Notes under the pieces: generated by a model | Seen by the model: the letters and a program-made list of their open reading frames with translations, nothing else | What the model was told of the DNA's origin: nothing | Database searches by the model: none | Made by a program: the position numbers and the translations under genes | Assembly: GCA_051251855.1 (NCBI GenBank) | Contig: JBPOGI010000001.1 | Coordinates: 1,568,001 to 1,632,000 of the forward strand | Length of the DNA stretch: 64,000 bases | Origin: Roseibacillus sp. | Lineage (GTDB): Bacteria > Verrucomicrobiota > Verrucomicrobiia > Verrucomicrobiales > Akkermansiaceae | Direction: 5' to 3' | Shown: in pieces, positions 42,401-53,026 of the stretch | Numbering within the stretch: position 1 is the stretch's first letter | Layout: each line of letters begins with the position of its first letter

Positions 42401-45208
42401 TTAAACTTCGAATGCACCTTCCACGAGCATTGCTTGCTCCCGTTTATGCATCGCCTTTGATCCTGCTGCAGGACTTGATGCTCGGTCGCGGCCCGAATAA
42501 CGGATCCGACTATCAAATGTGTCTTCTAGTCGCGGTCCCACGAAGGTCCAAGCCCCCATATTGAGCGGCTCCTCCTGACACCAAATCCACTTGGTATTGT
42601 TCGTGTAAGGCTTCGTTGCTGCTAAAACAGACTCTTCGTCGTAAGGATAAACCTGCTCCACCCGCACAATAGCAGCGTTATCGATACTGTTCGCTTTGCG
42701 ATACTCGATGAGGTCGTAGTAAACCTTTCCAGAGCAGAAGATCACCCGCTCCACCTCCTCTGGCTTTTGCTCCATTTCGGCATCACCAATCACTTCTTGG
42801 AAAGAAGTCTCCCCGCTTAAATCAGCCAGAGTCGAGACTGCTTCCGGCTTGGTCAAAAGACTCTTAGGAGTCATCAAGATCAGCGGTTTGCGGAAATTAC
42901 GAAGCTTCTGACGTCGAAGAGCATGGAAATACTGTGCTGGAGTCGTGAAGTTACCAACAATCATATTCTTCTCCGCACACAACTGCAGAAAGCGTTCCAT
43001 ACGAGCACTCGAGTGCTCAGGCCCCATCCCCTCATAGCCGTGAGGAAGCAACATCACGAGGTCCGTCGGCGTCTGCCACTTCGACTCTGCCGAAGCAATA
43101 AACTGGTCAATAATCACCTGAGCTCCATTGCCAAAGTCACCGAATTGCGCCTCCCACATGATGAGCATGTTGTCACAGCCCAGCGAGTAACCATAATCGA
43201 AACCAAGCACGGCCGCTTCCGATAAAAGACTGTTATAGACACAGAATTTCGCCTGATCCTCCCCAAGATTCTTGAGCGGCGTGTAGCGCTCTCGAGTATT
43301 GTGATCGTAGAAAAATGCGTGCCTTTGACTAAAGGTGCCACGACGACAATCTTGGCCCGACAGCCTCACCGGATAACCTTCTAACAGTAGACTTCCCCAT
43401 GCCAGCGATTCCGCAAGCGCCCAATCAATGCCCTCCCCTTCGGCCATCGCTTGCGCACGCCGCGGGACAAAGCGCTTTTTGAGAGTCGGGTGAAGATTGA
43501 AATCAGCGGGAATATCCGTCAGCACGCTTCCCACCTTCTTCAGAACCTCTTCCGAGACCCCCGAAGTCACGGTGTCGTGCTTGTAAGCCTCCTGCTCAAT
43601 CGCAGTCGAACCACTGAACACCGTGCGCTCCCCCTCTTCCTCCAAGCGACGCATCTCCTCGTAACCCGCCTCTAAGCGAGCCCAAATCTTCTTATGCAGT
43701 TCGTCGGCACGCTCCAAAGTCACGGACCCAACCCCCGCCAACTCATCACGGTAGAGCTGACCCGCGGTTTTGCGCTCATCCAACTTGCGATAAATATGTG
43801 GCTGTGTGAAAGCGGCCTGATCCGTCTCGTTGTGGCCTTGGCGACGATAGCAATACATGTCGATCACGATATCGCGCCCCCACTTCTGGCGGAACTCCAA
43901 GGCAAACTCAGCCGCCCACCAAAGCTCCTCCGGCTTCTCACCATTCACGTGCAAAATGGGAGCTTCAATCATCTTGGCCACATCCGTCGCATAACTCGAT
44001 GAACGCGCGTCCGCCGGCATGGTAGTGAAGCCAATTTGATTGTTAATAATAAGGTGAATCGTTCCTCCCGTGCGATAGCCGGGAAGCTGCGAAAGGTTCA
44101 AAACCTCCGCCACCGAACCCTGTCCCGCAAAGGCAGCATCTCCATGAAGAAGGAGTGGCAAGACCTGCTTGCGGTCCGTCTTCACACCATCATCGCCAAT
44201 CACCCGCTGACGTGCGCGTGCTTTTCCTTCAACAACGGCATTAACGGCCTCCAAGTGACTAGGATTTGCCGCCAAATTCACGCGAATCTTACCATCCTTG
44301 ACCTCACGAACACTTTCGTAGCCCAAGTGATACTTCACATCTCCGTCACCAGCGACCAAGTCAGGCACATAGTTAGGAGTAAACTCATAGAGCAGAGTGC
44401 GAATCTTCTTCCGTAAAAAGTTGGCCAGAATGTTAAGACGCCCTCGGTGAGCCATTCCCATCTCGATCTCCTTGACGTCGCTTGACGGACAAAGCTGCAA
44501 AATCCGGTTCAAAAGCACCATCACCCCTTCGCCACCCTCCAGAGAAAATCGCTTTTCCCCCAAAAATCGCTTCCCGACAAACTGCTCGAAAATCTCGGCC
44601 TCAAACAACCAGCGCAAAGCCTGAGATTGCTGCTCCTCGTTCATGACTTTTCGCTCACCGCGATGCTCCACCCTCTCCCGAATCCAGTTCCGGACCTCGG
44701 TATTGTGAATATGCATGAACTCAAAACCAATCGATCCCGAGTAGGTCTCCTTCAGAGCTTCCACCATGTCGCGAAGAGTCATCCCCTCGCCTTTGCGGAA
44801 AAACTGAGTCGCAGCAGGCCTATCAAGGTCTTCCTCCGTGATTCCAAAGCGGCTCAACTCCAAACGAGGATTCACGGGGGCCTCATCCTCCAGCGGATTG
44901 ATATGGGCCTGAGTATGACCCAGCGTCCGATAGTTATAAACGAGGCTCACCACCCGTCCTAAGAAGTTCAGGTTGTGGTCGCTATCAAGGTCCGCACCCA
45001 AAGTCGCCGCACCCGAGGAGGGACTCGACTTACTTTGTGCTTGGCCAGACGCAGCCTCACTCTTCGGCTTAGCCTGCACCACCCCCAGCTCAAAACCTTC
45101 GAAAAAAGCGGCCCAAGTGCCATCGACAGACCGAGGGTCAGCGAGCCAGCGCTCGTAGTTTTCATCTAGCAAATTCGCATTTAAGCGTGCCGAAACGGAG
45201 GAACTCAT
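42401..45208 (-). CDS. sucA: 2-oxoglutarate dehydrogenase E1
   Basis: GMAHRGRLN, GDVKYHLG, HGDAAFAGQG, WEAQFGDF; start MSSSV. Confidence 0.97.
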   Translation of the reverse strand: MSSSVSARLNANLLDENYERWLADPRSVDGTWAAFFEGFELGVVQAKPKSEAASGQAQSKSSPSSGAATLGADLDSDHNLNFLGRVVSLVYNYRTLGHTQAHINPLEDEAPVNPRLELSRFGITEEDLDRPAATQFFRKGEGMTLRDMVEALKETYSGSIGFEFMHIHNTEVRNWIRERVEHRGERKVMNEEQQSQALRWLFEAEIFEQFVGKRFLGEKRFSLEGGEGVMVLLNRILQLCPSSDVKEIEMGMAHRGRLNILANFLRKKIRTLLYEFTPNYVPDLVAGDGDVKYHLGYESVREVKDGKIRVNLAANPSHLEAVNAVVEGKARARQRVIGDDGVKTDRKQVLPLLLHGDAAFAGQGSVAEVLNLSQLPGYRTGGTIHLIINNQIGFTTMPADARSSSYATDVAKMIEAPILHVNGEKPEELWWAAEFALEFRQKWGRDIVIDMYCYRRQGHNETDQAAFTQPHIYRKLDERKTAGQLYRDELAGVGSVTLERADELHKKIWARLEAGYEEMRRLEEEGERTVFSGSTAIEQEAYKHDTVTSGVSEEVLKKVGSVLTDIPADFNLHPTLKKRFVPRRAQAMAEGEGIDWALAESLAWGSLLLEGYPVRLSGQDCRRGTFSQRHAFFYDHNTRERYTPLKNLGEDQAKFCVYNSLLSEAAVLGFDYGYSLGCDNMLIMWEAQFGDFGNGAQVIIDQFIASAESKWQTPTDLVMLLPHGYEGMGPEHSSARMERFLQLCAEKNMIVGNFTTPAQYFHALRRQKLRNFRKPLILMTPKSLLTKPEAVSTLADLSGETSFQEVIGDAEMEQKPEEVERVIFCSGKVYYDLIEYRKANSIDNAAIVRVEQVYPYDEESVLAATKPYTNNTKWIWCQEEPLNMGAWTFVGPRLEDTFDSRIRYSGRDRASSPAAGSKAMHKREQAMLVEGAFEV

Positions 45209-45354
45209 GAGTGGGTGAAAGTAGTCTTCGCTCCCTGCTAGGATTGACCTTGCTTGGAACCGCCAAGGCGTATGCGCCAATTGGCCTTTAGTCAATCACG
45301 CTCCTAACCTTCTGCGACTGCAAACCACATTCCCCGATCTCGACCAATCGTCCT

Positions 45355-45648
45355 CTACAAAGGATAGCGACCGTCCTCGTCTTCCCCCTCCCAGCCGAGC
45401 CCTCGAAACGCTCGGATAATTCCGACCTCCAAATCATCCTCACCCTCCGCCGCCTCAATCACCGCCGAACGAGCCAATCCTCGCTGAGATTCGATAGAAA
45501 CCACCGTCTCCTTGCCTTCAAAAACAATCCAGTCTCCCCAGCTTTGCTTATCGTGCTTCGCCGGAATCTTCTGACCCTCCAAAGCCAGCACCACCTCCTT
45601 AATCGAAGCTGGAGGCTCTCCCTCGCGTACCATAACACGTGTTTCCAT
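45355..45648 (-). CDS. Small hypothetical protein
   Basis: 97-aa 3' part of ORF 45355-45996, starting METRVMV; avoids overlap with msrA. Confidence 0.65.
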   Translation of the reverse strand: METRVMVREGEPPASIKEVVLALEGQKIPAKHDKQSWGDWIVFEGKETVVSIESQRGLARSAVIEAAEGEDDLEVGIIRAFRGLGWEGEDEDGRYPL

Positions 45649-45747
45649 CCCCCGTTCCTTGGCTAAAGAGATTGCAGCCGCAAGAAGATTTCGAAAAATC
45701 ACTTTCTCTCGGGAATTTACGGCGTAACTTTCAACTCTTATCTCTGT

Positions 45748-46398
45748 ATGAAAACTCTTCTCACCCAACTTTTGGTTTGCTTTGGATTGCTCACCGCAGC
45801 GTCCTGCGAACCGAACACCCAAACCGCAACCCCACCCAAAAACGTCAAATTGAAAGAAAACATCGACGACAAAGAAGGAGTCCCAGAAGGCTATCAAATC
45901 ATCACTCTCGGTGGAGGCTGCTACTGGTGCGTCGAAGCCGTCTTCCAACAACTCGAAGGCGTCCACTCTGTTGTCTCCGGCTTCACAGGTGGGCACATCG
46001 CCTCCCCAACTTACGAAGAAGTCTGCAGCAAGCAGTCAGGCCACATCGAAGTCATCAAGGTCGTCTACGACCCCAAAAAGCTCCCACTCGGCGATGCTCT
46101 CGCTTGGTTCTGGTCATCCCATGACCCCACCACAAAAGACCGTCAAGGCAACGACGTCGGCCCACAATACGCTTCTGCTATCTTCTATCACAACGAAGAG
46201 GACAAAGCCGTCATCGACGCTTCCATCGAGAACGCTCAGAAGGAATTCGACAAACCTATCGTCACCGTCGTACGCAAGGCTGAAAAATTCTACGAGGCTC
46301 CTGCCGACCACCAAGATTACTACTTCCAGAATAAGAACGCGGGCTACTGCCAATACGTCATCAAGCCCAAGCTCGAAAAGCTCAAGCTGAAGAAGTAA
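45748..46398 (+). CDS. msrA: Peptide-methionine (S)-S-oxide reductase, lipoprotein-type signal
   Basis: GGGCYWCVE, HDPT, RQGND, HQDYY, GYC; LTAASC lipobox-like. Confidence 0.93.
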   Translation: MKTLLTQLLVCFGLLTAASCEPNTQTATPPKNVKLKENIDDKEGVPEGYQIITLGGGCYWCVEAVFQQLEGVHSVVSGFTGGHIASPTYEEVCSKQSGHIEVIKVVYDPKKLPLGDALAWFWSSHDPTTKDRQGNDVGPQYASAIFYHNEEDKAVIDASIENAQKEFDKPIVTVVRKAEKFYEAPADHQDYYFQNKNAGYCQYVIKPKLEKLKLKK

Positions 46399-46405
46399 AA
46401 GGCGC

Positions 46406-46680
46406 GTCGACTTCAGTCGAATGGCACTGCGTTAAGCCATATTGTCGTATCGGGCTCAGAGAATTGGGAGCGCGGTCTTTCCAAGCCGCTACCTAAAAAC
46501 CTACAGAGTTGAAGGTAGGCCCGTAGGTTCCCGAATCGATTGCTCCGATGATGACTGAACCGGCCTCCTGCGATCGATATCAACCCCAGCAGCTTAAAAA
46601 GCCACTCTCCCGAGCCTACGGCCACCGTCTTTTTGTCTCCCGGCTTTTCTCTTAACACATGCCATTCGACTCAAGTCGAC
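46406..46680. repeat. MITE/REPIN-like element with terminal inverted repeats and an internal REP
   Basis: GTCGACTTCAGTCGAATGGCA (46406-46426) matches the reverse complement of 46660-46680 with 1 mismatch; internal GGAGCGCGGTCTTTCCAAGCCGC at 46467-46489. Confidence 0.7.
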
Positions 46681-46718
46681 CCTTCAGGCAGCCGAGACAA
46701 CCTCCGCAAACGGATGTA

Positions 46719-48119
46719 CTAGAACTCCACCGTCTTCCCAAGCTCACCGACCTCGACATCGCCGTCATGAATCTCACGCAGCGCATCGCACAAGGCCTCC
46801 GAGCGAGACTGCTCCCCGTGAATCAGCCAGACCTTACTCTTCGGCCCCGTCGTCGCTTGAAAGTAATCTAACAACTCCGAGTGGTCGGCGTGACCCGAGA
46901 AGGAATCCACCATATCGATGCGCGCCTTCACCGCATATTCATCGCCAAAAATCTTCACCTTGTCCCAGCCCTCTCGCAGCTTCCAACCGAGGGTCTGCTC
47001 CGCACAATAACCCACAAAGAAAACGGTATTGCGCGGATTGCCCACCCCATTCTTAAGGTGGTGCAAAATCCGACCAGCCTCGCACATTCCTGAGGCAGAA
47101 ATAATAATGCACTGCTCCTCACTCGCATTGAGAGCCTTCGACTTGTCCACCGAACGAATCAGCGTCAGCCCATTGAATCCAAAGGGATCGCGCTTTTCGT
47201 GCAAGAACTCATAGACCTCATCGTTAAAGCACTCCGGATGAAGCCGGAAAATCTCGGTCGCATTCGTCGCCAAAGGACTATCCACATAAACGGGCACTTT
47301 CGGAATCCGGCCATCTTCAAAAAGTTGATGCAGCACAAAGAGAATTTGCTGAGTCCGCTCCACCGCGAAGCAAGGGATAATCACCTTCCCGCCTTTTTTC
47401 AACGCCTGCTTGAGAACCGCAGCCACCTCATCATCGGCCCCCGTTCCCAACTCGTGCTCGCGGCCCCCGTAAGTGCTCTCCATCAACATGAAGTCGATGT
47501 CCTTACCCGGAACCGGATCGCGCAAAATATCGTTATCACCTCGACCAACATCTCCTGAGAAAAGGAAGCGCTTCGTCTTCCCGTCTTCTTCATCCTTCAC
47601 TTCTAACAGCACCTGAGCACTTCCCAAAATATGTCCCGCATCGAGGAACGTCAGCGTCACCCCGTTCGCAATCAACATCGGACGATTGTAGCCAAGGTTT
47701 ACGAACTGACGGAGGCACTTCTCGGCATCGATCTCATCGTAGAGCGGTTCAATCGGCGGCAAGTCTTCTTTCTTACGACGCTTGTTCATCCACTTGGCAT
47801 CACTGGTCTGAATCCGTGCCGAATCCGGCAACATGATCGCGCACAAGTCACGCGTTGCGAAGGTCGCAAAGATATTTCCAGCAAAACCCTTCTTCGAAAG
47901 ATTGGGAAGGTTCCCCGCATGGTCAATGTGCGCATGGGAAAGCACCACCGAATCAATCGTCGCCGGGTCAAAATGCGGAAAGCAGCAATTGATCTCATGA
48001 GCATCATTCCTCCGCCCCTGATACAATCCACAATCCAGCAAAATGCGCTGACCATTCACCTCCAACAAGTGCTGAGAACCAGTCGTCGTTCCCGCCGCTC
48101 CACAAAAAGTTAACTTCAT
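46719..48119 (-). CDS. MBL-fold / beta-CASP metallo-hydrolase (RNA-processing type)
   Basis: SHAHIDH, AGHILG, SGD, MESTYG, ASGMCEAGRILHH, FSGHAD. Confidence 0.9.
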   Translation of the reverse strand: MKLTFCGAAGTTTGSQHLLEVNGQRILLDCGLYQGRRNDAHEINCCFPHFDPATIDSVVLSHAHIDHAGNLPNLSKKGFAGNIFATFATRDLCAIMLPDSARIQTSDAKWMNKRRKKEDLPPIEPLYDEIDAEKCLRQFVNLGYNRPMLIANGVTLTFLDAGHILGSAQVLLEVKDEEDGKTKRFLFSGDVGRGDNDILRDPVPGKDIDFMLMESTYGGREHELGTGADDEVAAVLKQALKKGGKVIIPCFAVERTQQILFVLHQLFEDGRIPKVPVYVDSPLATNATEIFRLHPECFNDEVYEFLHEKRDPFGFNGLTLIRSVDKSKALNASEEQCIIISASGMCEAGRILHHLKNGVGNPRNTVFFVGYCAEQTLGWKLREGWDKVKIFGDEYAVKARIDMVDSFSGHADHSELLDYFQATTGPKSKVWLIHGEQSRSEALCDALREIHDGDVEVGELGKTVEF

Positions 48120-48254
48120 CGCTCTCAAGCTAACACCTCCCCCTTTCCCTCCAAGGGGAAAAACAGTGCGTAAGCGTAAGTTCCTCCCTCAATTCAGCGG
48201 ACATTCACCGGACATCTTCTTCACAAGAGACCTTCCCCTCAACATACTCATGGG

Positions 48255-50048
48255 ATGAAGGCCTGCTTCTCATTTCTACTCTTCCTTTGCCTACCACTCG
48301 CTGCCGCGCCAAAAATCTCGGGCGAGCTCCAGCAATGGCACAAAGTCACCCTCACTTTCGACGGTCCCCAAACTTCGGAAACAGCCTCCCCCAACCCCTT
48401 CACCGACTTCCGCCTCGACCTCACCTTCACCCAGGGCAAAAGAAGCCTCCTCGTCCCCGGCTACTTTGCGGCCGACGGAGACGCCGCCAACACCTCTGCC
48501 ACCGAGGGCAACAAATGGCGCGTCCACTTCTCCCCACCCACCACCGGTGAATGGACCTGGCGATCCTCCTTTCGAACCGGTGAACAAATTGCGGTCACCG
48601 AAGCTCCCTCTGCAGGTTCACCCACCTCGTTTGATGGCACTACCGGAACCCTCACCATCGCACCCAGCAACAAAGTCGCCCCTGATTTCCGCGCCCTAGG
48701 CCATCTCGTCTACGACGGCACCCGCTACCCCAAAACCCTCGGGACCAATAAAACCTTCCTCAAAGCCGGGTCCGACGCCCCCGAAAACTTTCTTTCCTAC
48801 GCCGACTTCGATGGCGACTTCGCCAGCGACGGCATCAAGGACCATCTCGTCAAAACCTGGCAACCCCACCTCCGCGACTGGAACGAAGGCGATCCCGTGT
48901 GGCAGAAAGAAAAAGGCAAAGGCATGATTGGAGCCCTCAACTATCTTTCATCCAAAGGCATGAACGCCTTCTCCTTCCTCACCATGAACATCGGCGGCGA
49001 CGACGCCAACGTCTTCCCCTACCTCGATAGCAAGCAACTCGACCGCCTCGACGTCTCACGTCTCGCCCAATGGGAAATCGTCTTCAGTCACGCCACCAGC
49101 AAAGGCCTCTTTCTTCACTTCAAAACCCAAGAAACCGAGAACGAGCTCCTTCTCGACAACGGCGACCTCGGCCCTCAACGCCGCCTTTACTACCGCGAAC
49201 TCATCGCCCGCTTCGCTCACCATCCCGGACTCAACTGGAACATGGGCGAAGAAAATGGCCGATGGAAAAACAAGCCCGAAAAGCCCTTCCAAACCACCGA
49301 ACAAAGACTCGCCATGGGTCGTTTTATGCAAAAGAACGACCCCTACCAACACCCCATCGTCATCCACAATGGCCAATGGTATGACGACCTCTACGGACCC
49401 GACTCCCCCTACAACGGAGCCTCCCTTCAAACCGCAAACCCCGAATTCAAAAACGTTCACCGCGCCACCCACGGTATCTTGCAAGCCAGCGCCAAGAAGG
49501 GAAAACAATGGATGGTCGCCTGTGACGAACCCGGCGACGCCCAGCACTCTCTCGTTCCCGATTCCGTCGACCCCGAACACAACAACGCACGCACAGGCGC
49601 TCTCTGGGGAAACTTCCTCGCCGGCGGCTGGGGCATCGAGTGGTATTTCGGCTACGCTCACCCCCACTCTGACCTCACCTGCCAAGACTACCGCAGCCGC
49701 GACCTCATGTGGGACCAATCCCGCCACGCCCTCGAATTTTTCAAAGCTCACAACCTCCCCCTCGGTGAAATGGAAAACAACAACAGCCTGCTCTCTCACA
49801 AAGGCGACTTCTGCCTCACCAAGCCCGGCAACACCTATCTACTTCTCTTAAAAAACGCCTCCCAACCCACCCAACTCGACCTCGCCAAACATGAAGCCGA
49901 ATACACCGTTCGTTGGTTCAACCCTCGCAACGGTGGCCCTCTTCAAACAGGCTCCAAAGCCACCATTTCCGGCCACAACAAACAAGACCTCGGCGCCCCT
50001 CCCGCCGACCCAGAAAAAGACTGGGTCGTCCTTATCACTCGCAACTAA
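48255..50048 (+). CDS. Secreted DUF5060 / glycoside-hydrolase-like protein with C-terminal collagen-binding-like domain
   Basis: GELQQWHKVTL, NPFTD, GYFAADG, WNMGEEN, DEPG, WFNPRNG. Confidence 0.75.
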   Translation: MKACFSFLLFLCLPLAAAPKISGELQQWHKVTLTFDGPQTSETASPNPFTDFRLDLTFTQGKRSLLVPGYFAADGDAANTSATEGNKWRVHFSPPTTGEWTWRSSFRTGEQIAVTEAPSAGSPTSFDGTTGTLTIAPSNKVAPDFRALGHLVYDGTRYPKTLGTNKTFLKAGSDAPENFLSYADFDGDFASDGIKDHLVKTWQPHLRDWNEGDPVWQKEKGKGMIGALNYLSSKGMNAFSFLTMNIGGDDANVFPYLDSKQLDRLDVSRLAQWEIVFSHATSKGLFLHFKTQETENELLLDNGDLGPQRRLYYRELIARFAHHPGLNWNMGEENGRWKNKPEKPFQTTEQRLAMGRFMQKNDPYQHPIVIHNGQWYDDLYGPDSPYNGASLQTANPEFKNVHRATHGILQASAKKGKQWMVACDEPGDAQHSLVPDSVDPEHNNARTGALWGNFLAGGWGIEWYFGYAHPHSDLTCQDYRSRDLMWDQSRHALEFFKAHNLPLGEMENNNSLLSHKGDFCLTKPGNTYLLLLKNASQPTQLDLAKHEAEYTVRWFNPRNGGPLQTGSKATISGHNKQDLGAPPADPEKDWVVLITRN

Positions 50049-50054
50049 CTTCCC

Positions 50055-51557
50055 ATGAAAACAACCCTTTTCACCGCCACACTATTAACTACATCACTTT
50101 TGTTATCTGCCAATGAGCGACCCAACATCGTTTTCATCATGGCCGATGACTTGGGCCTGGGAGACGTCGCCTTCCATCGCAAAAATTTCCAGCAGAAGGA
50201 CATCATCGTCCCCACCCCCAATATCGACGCCCTCGCCGAGCAGGCGCTTTGGTTCACCGATGGCCACTCCTCCACCGCCTTATGTTCTCCCACGCGCTAT
50301 TGCGCTATGACCGGCAATCACAACTACCGCAGCTATGCCCCCTGGGGCGTCTGGGGAGCCTTCCGTGAATCTCCCATTAAGAAAGACGATGCCACCCTCG
50401 GCACCGTTACCCGCGATGCCGGCTACACCACCGCCTTCATCGGCAAGTGGCACCTCGGAGGCGACTTTTACACCCAAGGCACTCAAGAAATCTACCGCAG
50501 CACCGAACGCGGCAACCCCGATTTCAAAGTCGATGTCAGCCAATGGATAGGCGGCAATCCCAAATCCTTCGGTTTCGACTACGACTTCACTCTTCCTTGC
50601 GGCATTCAAGGCCCCGTCTACACCGCCTACGAGAACGGCACTTGGGCCCCCTTCTCCTCAGACTCCACCATCGTCTTCCTCAACAAAGACAACGCCCTCG
50701 ACCCTCGCTTCATCTCCGACAAAGGCCCCGGTCCCGGAGACTCCCATTGGAACACCAAAGAGGTCGGCCCTCTCCTCGCCAACAAAGCCGCCGCCTTCAT
50801 CAAAAAGCAATCCCGCGAACAACCCTTCTTCCTCTGCTACTGGAGCCCCAACGTGCATCTCCCACACTGTCCACCCGAAGAAATCAACGGCGTCAAAATT
50901 GCCGGCCAAACTCCCACCGCTCACCTCGACACCATCCTCGACCTCGACCAACAGGTCAAAACCATCACCGACGCCCTCAAAAAATCGGGAGCCTTCGAGA
51001 ACACCCTCCTCATCTTCACTTCCGACAACGGCGGCCTCAACGACGGCCCCGCGCAAAAAGCTGGCCACGCATCGAACGGTGGCTTTCGCGGAACCAAAAA
51101 CGCTCCCCACGAAGGCGGCCACCGCGTCCCCTTTTTCGCAACCTGGCCCGGTATCATCCAGCCCGGCACCAGCGACGCCGTTGTCACCACCCACGACGTT
51201 CTCGCCACCATTGCCGCAGCGGCCGGAAAACCCGTCACCAACGAGCAAGCTCCCGACTCCCTCAACTTTCTCCACATCTTAAAAGGCAAAAGCAAGAACA
51301 CCGGCCGCAAGGAAGTCCTCCTCCAAGGGGGCAGCAAAAACGAGCTCATCTTCCGCCAAGGCCAGTGGAAACTCATCATCCAAAGTAATCACAAGCTCTC
51401 CAAATTCGAGCCCACTGGCCTCTTCAACCTCTCTGACAACGTTAAAGAGCTCGAAAAAGACAATCTCATCCAATCCCCCGAGTACCAATCCCGCGTCCAA
51501 ACCATGCTCACCCGCTACCTCGACCTCCGAAAAACCAAAGCCCCCACCGCCCAATAA
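50055..51557 (+). CDS. Exported sulfatase (S1)
   Basis: PNIVFIMADDLG, CSPTR, GKWHLG, SDNG, EGGHRVP. Confidence 0.92.
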   Translation: MKTTLFTATLLTTSLLLSANERPNIVFIMADDLGLGDVAFHRKNFQQKDIIVPTPNIDALAEQALWFTDGHSSTALCSPTRYCAMTGNHNYRSYAPWGVWGAFRESPIKKDDATLGTVTRDAGYTTAFIGKWHLGGDFYTQGTQEIYRSTERGNPDFKVDVSQWIGGNPKSFGFDYDFTLPCGIQGPVYTAYENGTWAPFSSDSTIVFLNKDNALDPRFISDKGPGPGDSHWNTKEVGPLLANKAAAFIKKQSREQPFFLCYWSPNVHLPHCPPEEINGVKIAGQTPTAHLDTILDLDQQVKTITDALKKSGAFENTLLIFTSDNGGLNDGPAQKAGHASNGGFRGTKNAPHEGGHRVPFFATWPGIIQPGTSDAVVTTHDVLATIAAAAGKPVTNEQAPDSLNFLHILKGKSKNTGRKEVLLQGGSKNELIFRQGQWKLIIQSNHKLSKFEPTGLFNLSDNVKELEKDNLIQSPEYQSRVQTMLTRYLDLRKTKAPTAQ

Positions 51558-51563
51558 TCTCAA

Positions 51564-51625
51564 GGAGATTCGGCTTCAGCCGTCCCCACCAAGGACCGAA
51601 CAGGAGCGCGGTCTTTCCAAGCCGC
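51564..51625. repeat. Two GGAG-tagged REP-like units
   Basis: GGAGATTCGGCTTCAGCCGTC (51564-51584); GGAGCGCGGTCTTTCCAAGCCGC (51603-51625), identical to 46467-46489. Confidence 0.7.
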
Positions 51626-51889
51626 CACCTTGAGATGTTGGCTGTTCAGGGTAGGCCTACCAGCCTTCGGATCCTTATATTCGAGTTCAAATACCCACCG
51701 ACCCGAAAACTGAACTATCTCAGCGGCATTCAATACCGCGGAAGCCTTTGGCTTCTTCATCGCTCAACTCCAATTTTCGACCACCCTGCCCAAATCACCC
51801 CAGAAACGACCAAAATTAGTCCAAGATTCCTTCTTGCCATCCCCCCGCAAAGCCCCTAGGTTCCCGCCCCCGAACGACCCGAAATTCTC

Positions 51890-52045
51890 ATGTCTAAGCA
51901 TAACAGTCTCAAAGCAGCCAGCACCGCAGGTGGAAAGCGTTCCGTAATGAAGCGTTTCGAACGCATCAAAGTCTTGCGCGAGCGCGGCCAATGGAAAGAG
52001 GGCCAGAGCCCTATCGGCCTCCCCAAGACCAAAGGCGAAGCTTAA
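51890..52045 (+). CDS. PVC-superphylum small basic protein (TIGR04137-like); absent from the ORF track
   Basis: MSKHNSLKAASTAGGKRSVMKRFERIKVLRERGQWKEGQSPIGLPKTKGEA, 51 aa; upstream TTGCCA promoter-like element and downstream terminator. Confidence 0.88.
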   Translation: MSKHNSLKAASTAGGKRSVMKRFERIKVLRERGQWKEGQSPIGLPKTKGEA

Positions 52046-52074
52046 TTCCCCTTTCTTGATTTAATCACATTTCG

Positions 52075-52127
52075 AGCGGAACCCCACGCGTCGCCCTCTG
52101 GCTTCGCCGAAAAGGTTCCGCTTTTTT
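52075..52127 (+). terminator. Probable intrinsic terminator
   Basis: AGCGGAACC...GGTTCCGCT followed by T-run; unusually large loop. Confidence 0.55.
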
Positions 52128-52151
52128 GTCGCCACACTTAGCGCCACCCCG

Positions 52152-52886
52152 ATGGAAGAAATTCGCCTCAACAAATTCATTGCCTCTTGCACCGAGCTTT
52201 CCCGTCGGGAAGCTGATCGCAAGATTCAAGAAGGCGAAGTCAGCGTCAACGGCTCCATCTGCGAGACCCCCGCCATCCGCGTCACCGACGACGACACCGT
52301 CCGACTCGGGCGCAAAGTCCTGACCCGACGCAGCATCCTCGTCGTCGCCTTCAACAAACCCCGCGGCGTGGTTTGCTCCAAAAGCGACGAGCGCAATCGC
52401 GAGACTATCTATCATCGGCTCCCCTACAAATATCACCACCTCAAGCATGTCGGCCGTCTCGACCTCGACTCCGAAGGCCTTCTCATCCTTACCAACGATG
52501 GCGACCTCGCCCAAAAGCTGACTCACCCTTCCAAAAAGCTGGAAAAGGAATACCAAGTCACCGTCGACCAAAACTACGAGCCCAAAGTCCTTCTTCAGCT
52601 CGTCAAAGGCGTCCACATCCCCGAAGTCGGCCAAGCGCGCGCCAAATACTGCAAGCGCGTCTCCTCCCGCCGCCTCACCATCGTTCTCGAATCCGGCCTC
52701 AAGCGCCAAATCCGTCTCATGCTCGAGACCCTCGGCCTGCGCGTCACCAAGCTCGTTCGAACCCGAGTCGGCTCCCTAACGATGGATAAACTTCCCGTCG
52801 GCGCCACCGAAGAACTGCGCAAAGAAGACATCGCGCACCTTCTCACCAACCCCACCCCGCCCAAGCCCAAGGAAGAGGCATCCTAG
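52152..52886 (+). CDS. rRNA pseudouridine synthase (RsuA/RluB family) with S4 domain
   Basis: RLNKFIA..SRREAD, NKPRG, VGRLDLDSEGLL, KEYQV. Confidence 0.92.
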   Translation: MEEIRLNKFIASCTELSRREADRKIQEGEVSVNGSICETPAIRVTDDDTVRLGRKVLTRRSILVVAFNKPRGVVCSKSDERNRETIYHRLPYKYHHLKHVGRLDLDSEGLLILTNDGDLAQKLTHPSKKLEKEYQVTVDQNYEPKVLLQLVKGVHIPEVGQARAKYCKRVSSRRLTIVLESGLKRQIRLMLETLGLRVTKLVRTRVGSLTMDKLPVGATEELRKEDIAHLLTNPTPPKPKEEAS

Positions 52887-53026
52887 GCTTCAATCCCTCC
52901 ACCGGAAATCCGGTCGTCCTCAATCATCTTTTGAAACATGGCCCAGCCACGTTTTCATCCTTCCTTCGCAATTTTCAGCATTGTCTCATCGTGCTCTCTC
53001 CGCTTGCATAGTCGGCAACACTTTCC

